From positions 212,046 to 276,045 of the forward strand of contig WRHN01000001.1 in NCBI GenBank assembly GCA_009783235.1: a stretch of 64,000 bases of DNA. The letters are read 5' to 3'. The notes under the pieces were generated by a model that made no database searches, had not been told where the DNA came from, and worked only from the letters and a program-made list of their open reading frames with translations. The stretch's first letter is position 1, and every line of letters starts with the position of its first letter. Below, piece after piece: positions 1 through 8,520 of this stretch. Source of the DNA: Candidatus Saccharimonadota bacterium. GTDB taxonomy: Bacteria > Patescibacteriota > Saccharimonadia > Saccharimonadales > Saccharimonadaceae. Made by a program: the position numbers and the translations under genes.

Positions 1-425
1 TATTGCTTCCGCGTTACACCGAACCCCTTGAACCGCGTCATCTTACCCATAGCAACCTTAATATTATTGTAAGCTATCTCGTGGTGGTTCCACCACTCGT
101 CTGGCCCGTGTGGCTGGTCAAGAGGATATGGGTAATCACCCCAGGAGCCGTCTCTCAGCACTATAGTCCACCACCCATTTAAGGCTGGTTGTGAGATATT
201 GCCATACTGGGACTCAACGGCCAGAAAGCCAATGCAGCCGTGATCGGCGTCGAATAATGTGTTTTTAATGTCGTCCTCGTCGAAGATAAATGGGTGTTCA
301 GACATGATACACCCCCTGTTGCGACCACGGGCTAGGTAGCCAAGCGCAAGGTGAATTGTTTTGTCATCTATATGGGCCTTAATGTACTCTTGCGAAGCTT
401 TTTCTCCAGCAGTTATTCTAGCCAT
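1..425 (-). CDS. hypothetical protein, partial (C-terminus runs off the window start); N-terminus MARITAGEKASQEYIKAHIDD...
   Basis: Reverse-complement ATG at 423-425 opens a frame that runs to position 1 without a stop. It has coding-like composition and is co-directional with topA. No recognisable motif. Confidence 0.35.
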   Translation of the reverse strand, partial: MARITAGEKASQEYIKAHIDDKTIHLALGYLARGRNRGCIMSEHPFIFDEDDIKNTLFDADHGCIGFLAVESQYGNISQPALNGWWTIVLRDGSWGDYPYPLDQPHGPDEWWNHHEIAYNNIKVAMGKMTRFKGFGVTRKQ

Positions 426-589
426 AACAAATCACATCCTATTCTTAATATTGACGTACAAACTGTAAAAGCTACCAGCCAGTCGCACCCAGCACAGTAG
501 TTAAGAGCGCCGACCAGCTCAAGTCATATTGTTACACGGGTGCGCGCTGATTGTCAAGCAATAGCGCAATGTTTTTGTCAAGCGACGAT

Positions 590-2887
590 TTAAGATTTTT
601 TGCGTTGCGGGTAGCGTTTTTTGGTGGGGGCTGCCTCTAGCAGTTTACGGGCGGCCTTCTCGTCTAATTTTTTGGGGTCAACTTCCTTTGGTACTTTGGC
701 GTTTTTGGTGCCGTCCGTTACGTATGGGCCGAAACGACCGTTTAGCACCTTGATTTCGCCAAAATCCGCAATGTTTTTCTCAGCTTCGGCTTTTAGCTTC
801 GCCTCATATAATTCGTTAGCTTTTTTCTCAGTGATTTTGAATGGGCTGGCTGGTTTAATAGAGATAAACAGACTGTCAACTTTGATGTACGGTCCAAAAC
901 GACCAATGTTAGCGATAATTTCTTGGCCGTTTTTGGTGTGCCCGACCGTGCGCGGTAGCTCGAACATTTTCAGGGCTTGTTCAAGAGTGACGGTCTCTAG
1001 CCTGGCATCTTTGGGCATCGGAGCAAACTTTGGCTTTTCTTCGCCGTCCTTGTCGCCCATCTGCAAAGCGGCGCCAAAACGCGTTATACGAGCGTAAACT
1101 GGCAGCCCGCTCTTGGGGTCGCGCCCCAATTCGCGCACGCCTGCCGCCGATTGACGGTCAATGTTTTTTGAGTCTTTAACCAGCTCGTGAAATGGCTTGT
1201 AAAAATCTTCCAACATCTTATTACGAGGCATTTTATTCGCCGCGATGTCGTCTAATTCTTGTTCAACTTTGGCCGTAAAATCATAGTCAACCACCTGGTC
1301 AAAATGTTGCACCAAAAAATCAGAAATTGCCATACCAATATCAGTTGGCACCAGCTTTCCCTTGTCCGCGCCAGTTTTCTCTGTTACGGTATCTTCTGAA
1401 ACGATGCCTTTTTTAAGAGTTAACTGTTGCACCTTGCGTTCTTCGCCTTCTGACTCACCTTTCTCGGCATAACCTCTAGTTTGTACGGTGTTGATAATAG
1501 TCGCATAAGTGCTCGGTCGGCCAATACCGCGATTTTCCAGTTCTTTCACTAGCGATCCTTCGGTGTAGCGAGCAGGCGGACGTTCGAAAGTTTGGCGGGC
1601 GATAATCTCTTGCGCGCTCAGCTTGTCGTCAACTTTCATATCTGGCAAAATGTCGTCTTTAGCTTTGCCGTAAACTTTCAAAAAACCATCAAAAATCACC
1701 ACCTCGCCCTTGGCTTCAAAGCCCTGCGGATTAATAATAACAGTGGTTTTTTCAATTTTAGCATCGGCCATCTGGGTCGCTAAAGTGCGACTATGAATCA
1801 GCCGGTAAAGCTTTTTAGCATAATCGTCTCCCTCGGCAGTCTTTTTGGCCACATTAGTCGGGCGAATCGCCTCGTGAGCTTCTTGGGCGCCAGCCGACTT
1901 GGTTTTAAAGGTTCGGTAATGATGATAATCTTCGCCGTACTCCTGTTTGATATAGTTGGTAGCGGCGGCCAAAAATTGGCTAGATAAATTCAGACTATCA
2001 GTACGCATGTAGGTGATCTGGCCAGATTGATAGAGCTTCTGGGCGGCTGACATAGTGGTACGAGCCGAAAATCCGAGTTTTGCATTGGCCTCTTGCTGCA
2101 GCGTCGAGGTGGTCAGCGGAGCGGGCGGCGTGCGCTTGCCGGGACTTTTGCTGACATCGGCTACTTTGAAATCTGCCCCAATGAGACTTTCCAGGAACTT
2201 TTTGGCACTCGCCATGCTCTTGAAAGTTTGAGGATTGGTAGCTTTAATTTCAGTTTTGCCGTGCATAAACAGCGCAGAAACCTTAAAGACAAATTTAGAT
2301 TCGAACCCGCGAATTTCGCGCTCACGCTCAACCAACAGTCGCACTGCTGGACTCTGTACGCGCCCCGCTGATTTACCCCCAGGCACTTTCTGCCAGACCA
2401 CTGGGCTCAGCTCAAACCCCACCAGCCTGTCCAAAATCTGTCGAGCCTGTTGCGCCTCAACCATCTTCATGTCCACCTTGCGCGGATTCTCAATAGCCGC
2501 CTCAATAGCCGACTTGGTAATTTCATGAAAAACAATACGATTGGTCTTTTTTTCGTCTAACTTCAAAACTTCGCACAAATGCCAGGCAATGCCCTCGCCC
2601 TCGCGGTCTTCATCAGTGGCCAGCCAGACGAACTTGGTTTTGCTGGCTGCCTTTTCAAGGTCGGACACAATCTTGACCTTCTCTGGATCGACAATATATT
2701 TAGTGGCGAAACCGTGCTGTGTGTCAATAGGTTTTTCGCCTTTTGGCAGGTCGGTAGCTTTAGCGATAGTGCGAATATGGCCAACGCTACTCATAACCTT
2801 AAAACCCGGGCCCAAATATTTCTCAATGGTTTTGGCCTTAGCGGGGCTCTCGACGATTACTAGATTGTTTGTTTCTCGAGTTGTCAT
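590..2887 (-). CDS. topA: DNA topoisomerase I (type IA)
   Basis: N-terminal TOPRIM domain LVIVESPAKAKTIEKYLG, topoisomerase IA core, and a C-terminal basic tail with repeats. The ORF extends to 2998, but the ATG at 2887 (MTTRETNNLVIVESPAK) fits the canonical TopA N-terminus. Confidence 0.9.
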   Translation of the reverse strand: MTTRETNNLVIVESPAKAKTIEKYLGPGFKVMSSVGHIRTIAKATDLPKGEKPIDTQHGFATKYIVDPEKVKIVSDLEKAASKTKFVWLATDEDREGEGIAWHLCEVLKLDEKKTNRIVFHEITKSAIEAAIENPRKVDMKMVEAQQARQILDRLVGFELSPVVWQKVPGGKSAGRVQSPAVRLLVEREREIRGFESKFVFKVSALFMHGKTEIKATNPQTFKSMASAKKFLESLIGADFKVADVSKSPGKRTPPAPLTTSTLQQEANAKLGFSARTTMSAAQKLYQSGQITYMRTDSLNLSSQFLAAATNYIKQEYGEDYHHYRTFKTKSAGAQEAHEAIRPTNVAKKTAEGDDYAKKLYRLIHSRTLATQMADAKIEKTTVIINPQGFEAKGEVVIFDGFLKVYGKAKDDILPDMKVDDKLSAQEIIARQTFERPPARYTEGSLVKELENRGIGRPSTYATIINTVQTRGYAEKGESEGEERKVQQLTLKKGIVSEDTVTEKTGADKGKLVPTDIGMAISDFLVQHFDQVVDYDFTAKVEQELDDIAANKMPRNKMLEDFYKPFHELVKDSKNIDRQSAAGVRELGRDPKSGLPVYARITRFGAALQMGDKDGEEKPKFAPMPKDARLETVTLEQALKMFELPRTVGHTKNGQEIIANIGRFGPYIKVDSLFISIKPASPFKITEKKANELYEAKLKAEAEKNIADFGEIKVLNGRFGPYVTDGTKNAKVPKEVDPKKLDEKAARKLLEAAPTKKRYPQRKKS

Positions 2888-3019
2888 TCGCTCATCATAT
2901 CGTAACGGCAGTGTTTTTTCAAGCTTTACGTAAAAATAGGCCGCCCTGCGCTCCGGGTTCGCTCGAGGAAGAACGGGCCTGTTTATTTCTTTTCGCACTC
3001 TATGCTAAAATGTTAACGC

Positions 3020-4510
3020 ATGGACAAGCTAGAAAAAATCCGTCGTGATATTGAACGAACCAAAAAAAACGAATTGTTGCGCCGTATCTTGAAATACGTC
3101 TGTATGTGTTTGGGCATGGCCGTGATTTTTATTTTTTGCATTATGCGTCTTAGCGGCAATCGTTTTGATTTTATCAATACTGACATCAAGGCGACTGGCC
3201 TGCTCGAAGTTTATTCCCACCCGAGCGGTGCTAACGCGCATATTTACGGTAATGACGGTTTTTACAAAGGGCTGCGCACGAATGACGAGACAGTGCTTGA
3301 CGTCGGTAGTTATGCGGTTAAGTTTTCGCGCGACGGCTATCGCGATTGGTATAAAGAGGTGTCTTTGAGCAAAGGCCAAGTGCTGTGGTTGAACTACGCG
3401 GTGATGATTCCAGAGATTATTAAAACAGATGAAGTCGCCAATGTAACGGGCCCAATCCTAGACGCCAAAAAAACTCGAGACAACAAGTGGATTTTGCTTG
3501 AACTAGGCGACTTTAGCCAACCGACGTTTGATTTGCTGGCGGTAGATGATCCTACCAACGTTAAGATTACGAGCTTCAAGATTCCAGACGGCGTGCTGTC
3601 CAAGCCTGATGCTGATACATCTAGCAAAATCAGTATTGTTGAGGGCGACACTAGTTCGCGCTATTATCTGTTGCGCCATGATTTTACGGCTACTGGCGCG
3701 GTCACCGTAGAATATATTTATTTTGACCGTCGCGACCTTAAGACTTTTCGCAACATCACGCGCGACTTCGCCATCGACATTAAAAACATTGCTTTTTCGC
3801 AGCGTTCTGATAATCAGTTTTACATCATTGACGACAACGACCATCTGCGCAGAATTGACTACGGCGGTCAGTCGATGACTGCTCCGTTGATTGAGCATGT
3901 TTTGAAATTTACCCAATATGACGACAAGCTGGTGTCGATTTCTCTCAACGACAAGCAGGAAAAAACCGTCGGCATTACTTATGGCAACGGCAAATACCGC
4001 GCGATTCAGACTTACACCGATAAATTAATTACCGATGCTTATTTCACTAATTATTACAACGTTGAATATCTGGTAATTTTGCATGGTGACAGAGTGGAGA
4101 TTGTTCAACGGCCACTAGAAAACAGCATTAAATATTTGTCGACCTACAAGACAGATTTCACGCCAGAATGGATTAGTCTCAATGCTTCGGGGCGGTTTAT
4201 TTTGGTGGGCGGTCGCGAGAAAATTGACAGCTACGACCAGGAATTGAAGCAGCACAAGAAGTTTTCAATTGCGGGGTTGGTGCAGAAACCGACTTGGCTG
4301 GATGATTTCTATTTGTTTGTCAACGTTAATGGCAATGGCAAAGTTTTTGAGTTTGACGGCGATAATCTAAACGAGATAACTGATGTTGCTGGCATGTCTA
4401 GTTTTGCGCTGTTTAGTCCGAACAAACGTTATCTATTTTCGCTGGGCGCGAGTACTGTTAGCGCCACGGATAAAACCATCTTGCAGCGGTCGAAACTATT
4501 AGTTGATTAA
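3020..4510 (+). CDS. membrane-anchored protein with a PEGA-like domain followed by a large extracytoplasmic (beta-rich) region
   Basis: N-terminal basic segment plus TM helix (YVCMCLGMAVIFIFCIM). The segment LLEVYSHPSGANAHIYGNDGFYKGLRTNDETVLDVGSYAVKFSRDGYRDWYKEVSLSKGQVLWL matches the PEGA domain pattern. Ends 4 nt before the convergent sortase gene. Confidence 0.5.
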   Translation: MDKLEKIRRDIERTKKNELLRRILKYVCMCLGMAVIFIFCIMRLSGNRFDFINTDIKATGLLEVYSHPSGANAHIYGNDGFYKGLRTNDETVLDVGSYAVKFSRDGYRDWYKEVSLSKGQVLWLNYAVMIPEIIKTDEVANVTGPILDAKKTRDNKWILLELGDFSQPTFDLLAVDDPTNVKITSFKIPDGVLSKPDADTSSKISIVEGDTSSRYYLLRHDFTATGAVTVEYIYFDRRDLKTFRNITRDFAIDIKNIAFSQRSDNQFYIIDDNDHLRRIDYGGQSMTAPLIEHVLKFTQYDDKLVSISLNDKQEKTVGITYGNGKYRAIQTYTDKLITDAYFTNYYNVEYLVILHGDRVEIVQRPLENSIKYLSTYKTDFTPEWISLNASGRFILVGGREKIDSYDQELKQHKKFSIAGLVQKPTWLDDFYLFVNVNGNGKVFEFDGDNLNEITDVAGMSSFALFSPNKRYLFSLGASTVSATDKTILQRSKLLVD

Positions 4511-4513
4511 ATT

Positions 4514-5767
4514 TTAACCGCCAAAGATTCGTTCAAACAACGTTGGTGTCCTGCCGGTGATATTTTGCGGCGAACCATTGTTCTCGCTGCTCGGCTGCTC
4601 GGCGCTGGAACTTTCGTGAGGGTCCGGGCTAATTTGTTTGCCATAAATCGCCAATCGGCGCACTGACGAACCCGGCGGATCGCAAGTAATCAGCGTAACC
4701 CAGGCATTTCCATCGCCCATATATAACTTGTCGAATTCGTTTGGCCAAATAACTTCGCGTCGCTCGATACTGTAAATATACCGTTTTTTGTTAAAATTCA
4801 GATAAAAAGTGTCGCCGACATTCAAGCGGTTAAGTTTAGAGAAAATATATTTAAACTGGCCACCATAGAAAATATCGCCAGAGCTGTGGCCCAAGAAAAC
4901 CGCGTTGCCCAGCTGACCGGGCATAGAATTAGCTTTCGGCAGATTGTACCAAACCACTCCGCGCTCCAGTGCCTCTTGCATGTCCGTTTCTTGGTTCGAT
5001 CTTGCGTCAAAAACCAAGGGCGATTCCAGGCCTAATTTGGGAATAACCAACATATTATCTTCGCCAACTGGCATATCTTCGATGGTGGCGATTAACAGCG
5101 GCTGGTCGGTGCCGCCGCTTGGCGAAATGAAAGCTTCAACATAGCCAGTCACCATTTGGTTGAACTGAATTGTCAAAATTGCCAACACCACCACCGCGGC
5201 CGCGATAATCGGGATAAAATGACGTGAGCGGCGCACTTTTTTGGCAGTTTTTTTGGCCTTGTAGGCAATTTCGTGATGAAGTTTGCGCGCTTGTTCTTTT
5301 TCGCTCAGGTCATCTATTTTAGATACCATGACCGACATTTTCCCGCCTATTTTCTGACGCTTCAAACGAATCTTCTCACTTTTAACCGCGTCAGAATAAT
5401 AATTAGCATAATAGTCCTGATAGTATTTCTGCCAGGCTGTGTGGTACTGGTCTAGATTGGACTTTTTGACCCTAAACTCGGGCTCTTCTGGGACGGTCGG
5501 AGCGGGCTTGGTAAAATCTGGCACCTTGTTGGCCGGAGTGTTGTCTATGGTCTTAATGACCTGTTCGCGCGAATGAATTTCTGGTTCCCTGCTCGGCGCA
5601 GCGAACGTCCTAACGGTCTGTTTTTGCTCATTAGTAGTTGGCATGCGGTCTATTTTGGCGCGCTCTAAATTAGCCGCCGCAGTGCGATGTGTAGGCGGTT
5701 CGATGATTTTTTCATGTTTAATCCTTTTGACTACCTCTTGGGATTTCTGGTTTTGGTCCGCACCCAT
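4514..5767 (-). CDS. sortase (transpeptidase) with a long N-terminal cytoplasmic/disordered extension and a single TM helix
   Basis: C-terminal catalytic region with the TLXTC motif (WVTLITCDPPG), upstream His motif (NAVFLGHSSGD) and conserved Arg (SSVRRLAIYG). TM helix FIPIIAAAVVVLAILTIQF. Confidence 0.75.
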   Translation of the reverse strand: MGADQNQKSQEVVKRIKHEKIIEPPTHRTAAANLERAKIDRMPTTNEQKQTVRTFAAPSREPEIHSREQVIKTIDNTPANKVPDFTKPAPTVPEEPEFRVKKSNLDQYHTAWQKYYQDYYANYYSDAVKSEKIRLKRQKIGGKMSVMVSKIDDLSEKEQARKLHHEIAYKAKKTAKKVRRSRHFIPIIAAAVVVLAILTIQFNQMVTGYVEAFISPSGGTDQPLLIATIEDMPVGEDNMLVIPKLGLESPLVFDARSNQETDMQEALERGVVWYNLPKANSMPGQLGNAVFLGHSSGDIFYGGQFKYIFSKLNRLNVGDTFYLNFNKKRYIYSIERREVIWPNEFDKLYMGDGNAWVTLITCDPPGSSVRRLAIYGKQISPDPHESSSAEQPSSENNGSPQNITGRTPTLFERIFGG

Positions 5768-5791
5768 AACGTTAAAATTGTAACATATTTG

Positions 5792-7237
5792 TTATTCTGG
5801 CGCCACATTACGCAGCAAGAACCGCGCCAGTTTCAGCTTAACTTTAGTCCAAAGCGTTGACGTGGTGGTTACGCTCACGCTAGCACTAGCACGCAATTTT
5901 TCAATGCCCAGATCCGGATCAGTAATGCCGTCAATAGCGAGCGGTGGTAGCGCATCTGATAAATCAGACAAGTCATTATCATGCTCGATATCAACCCTGT
6001 CTAAGAGTTCGTAGTCAACCGTGTGAGCGCGCTCAATGAACGGCCCCGTTTCCTGGTCGCGGCGGGCCTGCTCATAGGCCAGAGTAGCGGCGTAGGCTTC
6101 TTGGTTAATGTCCGTGATTTCTTCAGCGTAATTGTCGTATATTTGAGCCGTCCAAGCGCGGGCGTTCTCTACGGCTCCACCACTGACGTTAGTTGCGTTA
6201 GTCGCGTCATCAGTCGTGTCGATCGAGCTCTCCGGAATCTGCTCTGGCGGCATGCGCAGTATTTGCTCTATTGCTTCCCCGTTGTAATCGGGTTGGCTCT
6301 CAAAAATTTCACGATTAATTACTAAAACAGGTTCGAATACCGGGGGCGGTGAATCATGAATGCGTACATCAAGTTCGTCCAGAAATATCTGCGGTTTTTC
6401 TATTGCGGGTTCGGAACGCCTATTTTCGACAGATTTTTTGCGTCGCGCGCCCGCTCGTCGCTCGTGCTGCTCAGGGCGCGTTTGGGTGCGCGAAAACTCT
6501 TGCTTTGCGCGGATTTTTTCTGCTTTACCAGCGGCTTTTTTGGTTAGCTCATCTGGTTTTTCTTCTTCACGAATCCTTTCTTGTTTAGACTGCACCTTGA
6601 CTTTCTCGGCAGTTTTTCTCGGCTTGTTAGCATCCTGTTTTTTTGCTGATTCAATCTTGTGTTGATGTTGGGGCGAGATTTTCCGTTCTGGCGATTTAGT
6701 TTTTTTAACTGTTACACTTTGTTGCTCGACCGCTTTACTTTTTGTCTCTGATTTGTGCATTTTACGTTCAGGAGCGGTTTCGGCCGCCGCTTGGCGCTCT
6801 GACTTTTTGCTCTCAACTTGCCTGGTTGGGCTTGATTTTTTCTTTTCGAGCAGACTTGGCGCTTGCTTATAACTACTGTTGATTTCGCTCCAAATATCTT
6901 CAAAACGTTTTTTGGGTTCTGTTGCTCGCGGTGTAACGATAGGCTCAAACTCGGCGGCTTTCTCAGTTTTTTTGCTACCGGCTTTAGGTTTGTCTTTGAT
7001 TTCTTTAACGACACGCGGCGCGGCAGTTTTTTCCGACATCACAGTATAAATACTAGCTTTCATTACCTCAGTCTTCGGCTTGTCTTCGGTCTCATTTTTC
7101 TTAACATTAAACTTCAAATTGCACCCCAGATTAGCCAGAGGACAACCGGCGCAAGATGCAGGCCCACATTCAAAATCCGTCGCCTCGTTTTGCGTTGTGG
7201 CCTTGTTGTGGCTAGAAGTGTTTTTGACCTTCTCCAT
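5792..7237 (-). CDS. hypothetical protein; N-terminal Cys cluster (CGPASCAGCPLANLGC), long K/E-rich low-complexity middle, acidic C-terminal domain
   Basis: 481-aa ORF co-directional with its neighbours. Cys4-type motif near the N-terminus. No catalytic motif recognised. Confidence 0.45.
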   Translation of the reverse strand: MEKVKNTSSHNKATTQNEATDFECGPASCAGCPLANLGCNLKFNVKKNETEDKPKTEVMKASIYTVMSEKTAAPRVVKEIKDKPKAGSKKTEKAAEFEPIVTPRATEPKKRFEDIWSEINSSYKQAPSLLEKKKSSPTRQVESKKSERQAAAETAPERKMHKSETKSKAVEQQSVTVKKTKSPERKISPQHQHKIESAKKQDANKPRKTAEKVKVQSKQERIREEEKPDELTKKAAGKAEKIRAKQEFSRTQTRPEQHERRAGARRKKSVENRRSEPAIEKPQIFLDELDVRIHDSPPPVFEPVLVINREIFESQPDYNGEAIEQILRMPPEQIPESSIDTTDDATNATNVSGGAVENARAWTAQIYDNYAEEITDINQEAYAATLAYEQARRDQETGPFIERAHTVDYELLDRVDIEHDNDLSDLSDALPPLAIDGITDPDLGIEKLRASASVSVTTTSTLWTKVKLKLARFLLRNVAPE

Positions 7238-7267
7238 CTCGCTTCCTTATCGTATTATTTTAACACA

Positions 7268-7933
7268 TTAAGCTATTTTTGTCGAACCAGATTCTAAATC
7301 GCCCAGACGGTACGGTCCAAAATCTGTCCTGTGCAGCCTCAGTACATCATAGCCCAGCGCCTTAAATGTGCGTCGAATTTGGCGATTACGCCCTTCGCTC
7401 ATAATCACTCTCCACTCCACGGCCTCGTCATCCAGTTTTTCCAACCCCAGCTGACTTTTGCCATCCGCTAGATCTATGCCAAAATCCGCTATCATCTGAA
7501 CGTGCAGCGGCTCCAGCGGTTTATCGAGCCTAGCCTCGTAAATTTTGACTTTAGCAAATCCAGGGTGCGTCAAAGAATGCGCCAGATCGCCATCATTAGT
7601 CAAAAGCAGCAACCCGCTTGAGTTTTGATCTAATCTGCCGACAGACTTGAGTTGGCGGTATTCTGGCGGCAAAAGGTCATAAATCGTCGGCCTGCCCTGA
7701 CCATTGCGGCTACTGACATACCCTTCAGGTTTGTTGAGAATAACAGTAGTAAATTTAGCCAACACATTAACCGACCTGCCGCGTACGGTTACGCGGTCTT
7801 TCTGCGGATTGATTTGCGCCCCTAGCGGCACCACCGAACCGTTGACCCTGACTTTGCCCGTGCTGATCAGCTCGTCAGCCTCTCGCCGTGAAATCCCCGT
7901 ATTAGTCGCCAAATATTTATTTAACCTAATCAT
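7268..7933 (-). CDS. RNA pseudouridine synthase, RsuA/RluB family (S4 domain + catalytic domain)
   Basis: N-terminal S4 RNA-binding motif (MIRLNKYLATNTGISRREADELISTGKVRVNG). Catalytic region with GRLDQNSSGLLLLTND (conserved Asp). Confidence 0.8.
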   Translation of the reverse strand: MIRLNKYLATNTGISRREADELISTGKVRVNGSVVPLGAQINPQKDRVTVRGRSVNVLAKFTTVILNKPEGYVSSRNGQGRPTIYDLLPPEYRQLKSVGRLDQNSSGLLLLTNDGDLAHSLTHPGFAKVKIYEARLDKPLEPLHVQMIADFGIDLADGKSQLGLEKLDDEAVEWRVIMSEGRNRQIRRTFKALGYDVLRLHRTDFGPYRLGDLESGSTKIA

Positions 7934-7942
7934 TCAATCCTC

Positions 7943-8518
7943 CTATTCTATCTTAGTAATATTACCTTTTTTCAAATGCAGCAACCGTTGATTGCGGCTG
8001 CCCCTAAACTTCAGCGTCAAGTCGCGTTGCTGAAGAATAAACGGCCCGTCAATTAGCGCGTCTAGGCTTTTGACAAACTCCCATTCAACCCCGCCGCTCT
8101 CGCGAATATTCTCGTAAATTAAACCAGTAAACGACCAAATATCCCAACCAAGCTCGCGCCGAGCCCAGTCGGCGATTTCTTGGCACTGCTTGGCTTGCAA
8201 CAACGGTTCGCCGCCACAAAAAGTAATCCCCGCCTGCATTTTCAGAGCCCGCAATTTTTCCTTGACGTCGTCAATTTTTACTAATTTACCGGCCGCTTCG
8301 TCCCAAGTCTCAGGATTCTGACAGCCTGGGCAGCGTTGTCGGCAGCCTTGAGTCCACAACACTGCTCGCAGTCCATAACCGTTCACTATATTGTCATGTT
8401 CAATTTCCGCTGCCAGACGAATATAGCCGTCGGGCACGTCCATCTGCGGCGTAGTCAGCCGCCGTTTACCAGTAGTGCCAGATCGATTGGCGTCTGGAAT
8501 ATCCTTGTTGGCGGGCAC
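7943..8518 (-). CDS. nrdG: anaerobic ribonucleoside-triphosphate reductase activating protein (radical SAM)
   Basis: CxxxCxxC radical-SAM cluster motif (CRQRCPGCQNP). Sits immediately downstream of nrdD. Confidence 0.8.
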   Translation of the reverse strand: MPANKDIPDANRSGTTGKRRLTTPQMDVPDGYIRLAAEIEHDNIVNGYGLRAVLWTQGCRQRCPGCQNPETWDEAAGKLVKIDDVKEKLRALKMQAGITFCGGEPLLQAKQCQEIADWARRELGWDIWSFTGLIYENIRESGGVEWEFVKSLDALIDGPFILQQRDLTLKFRGSRNQRLLHLKKGNITKIE

Positions 8519-8520
8519 GC

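Noticed and set aside
621-2933. Several plus-strand ORFs of 60-160 aa overlapping topA
   Set aside because: They are antisense to a confidently identified 800-aa topA and have no motifs.
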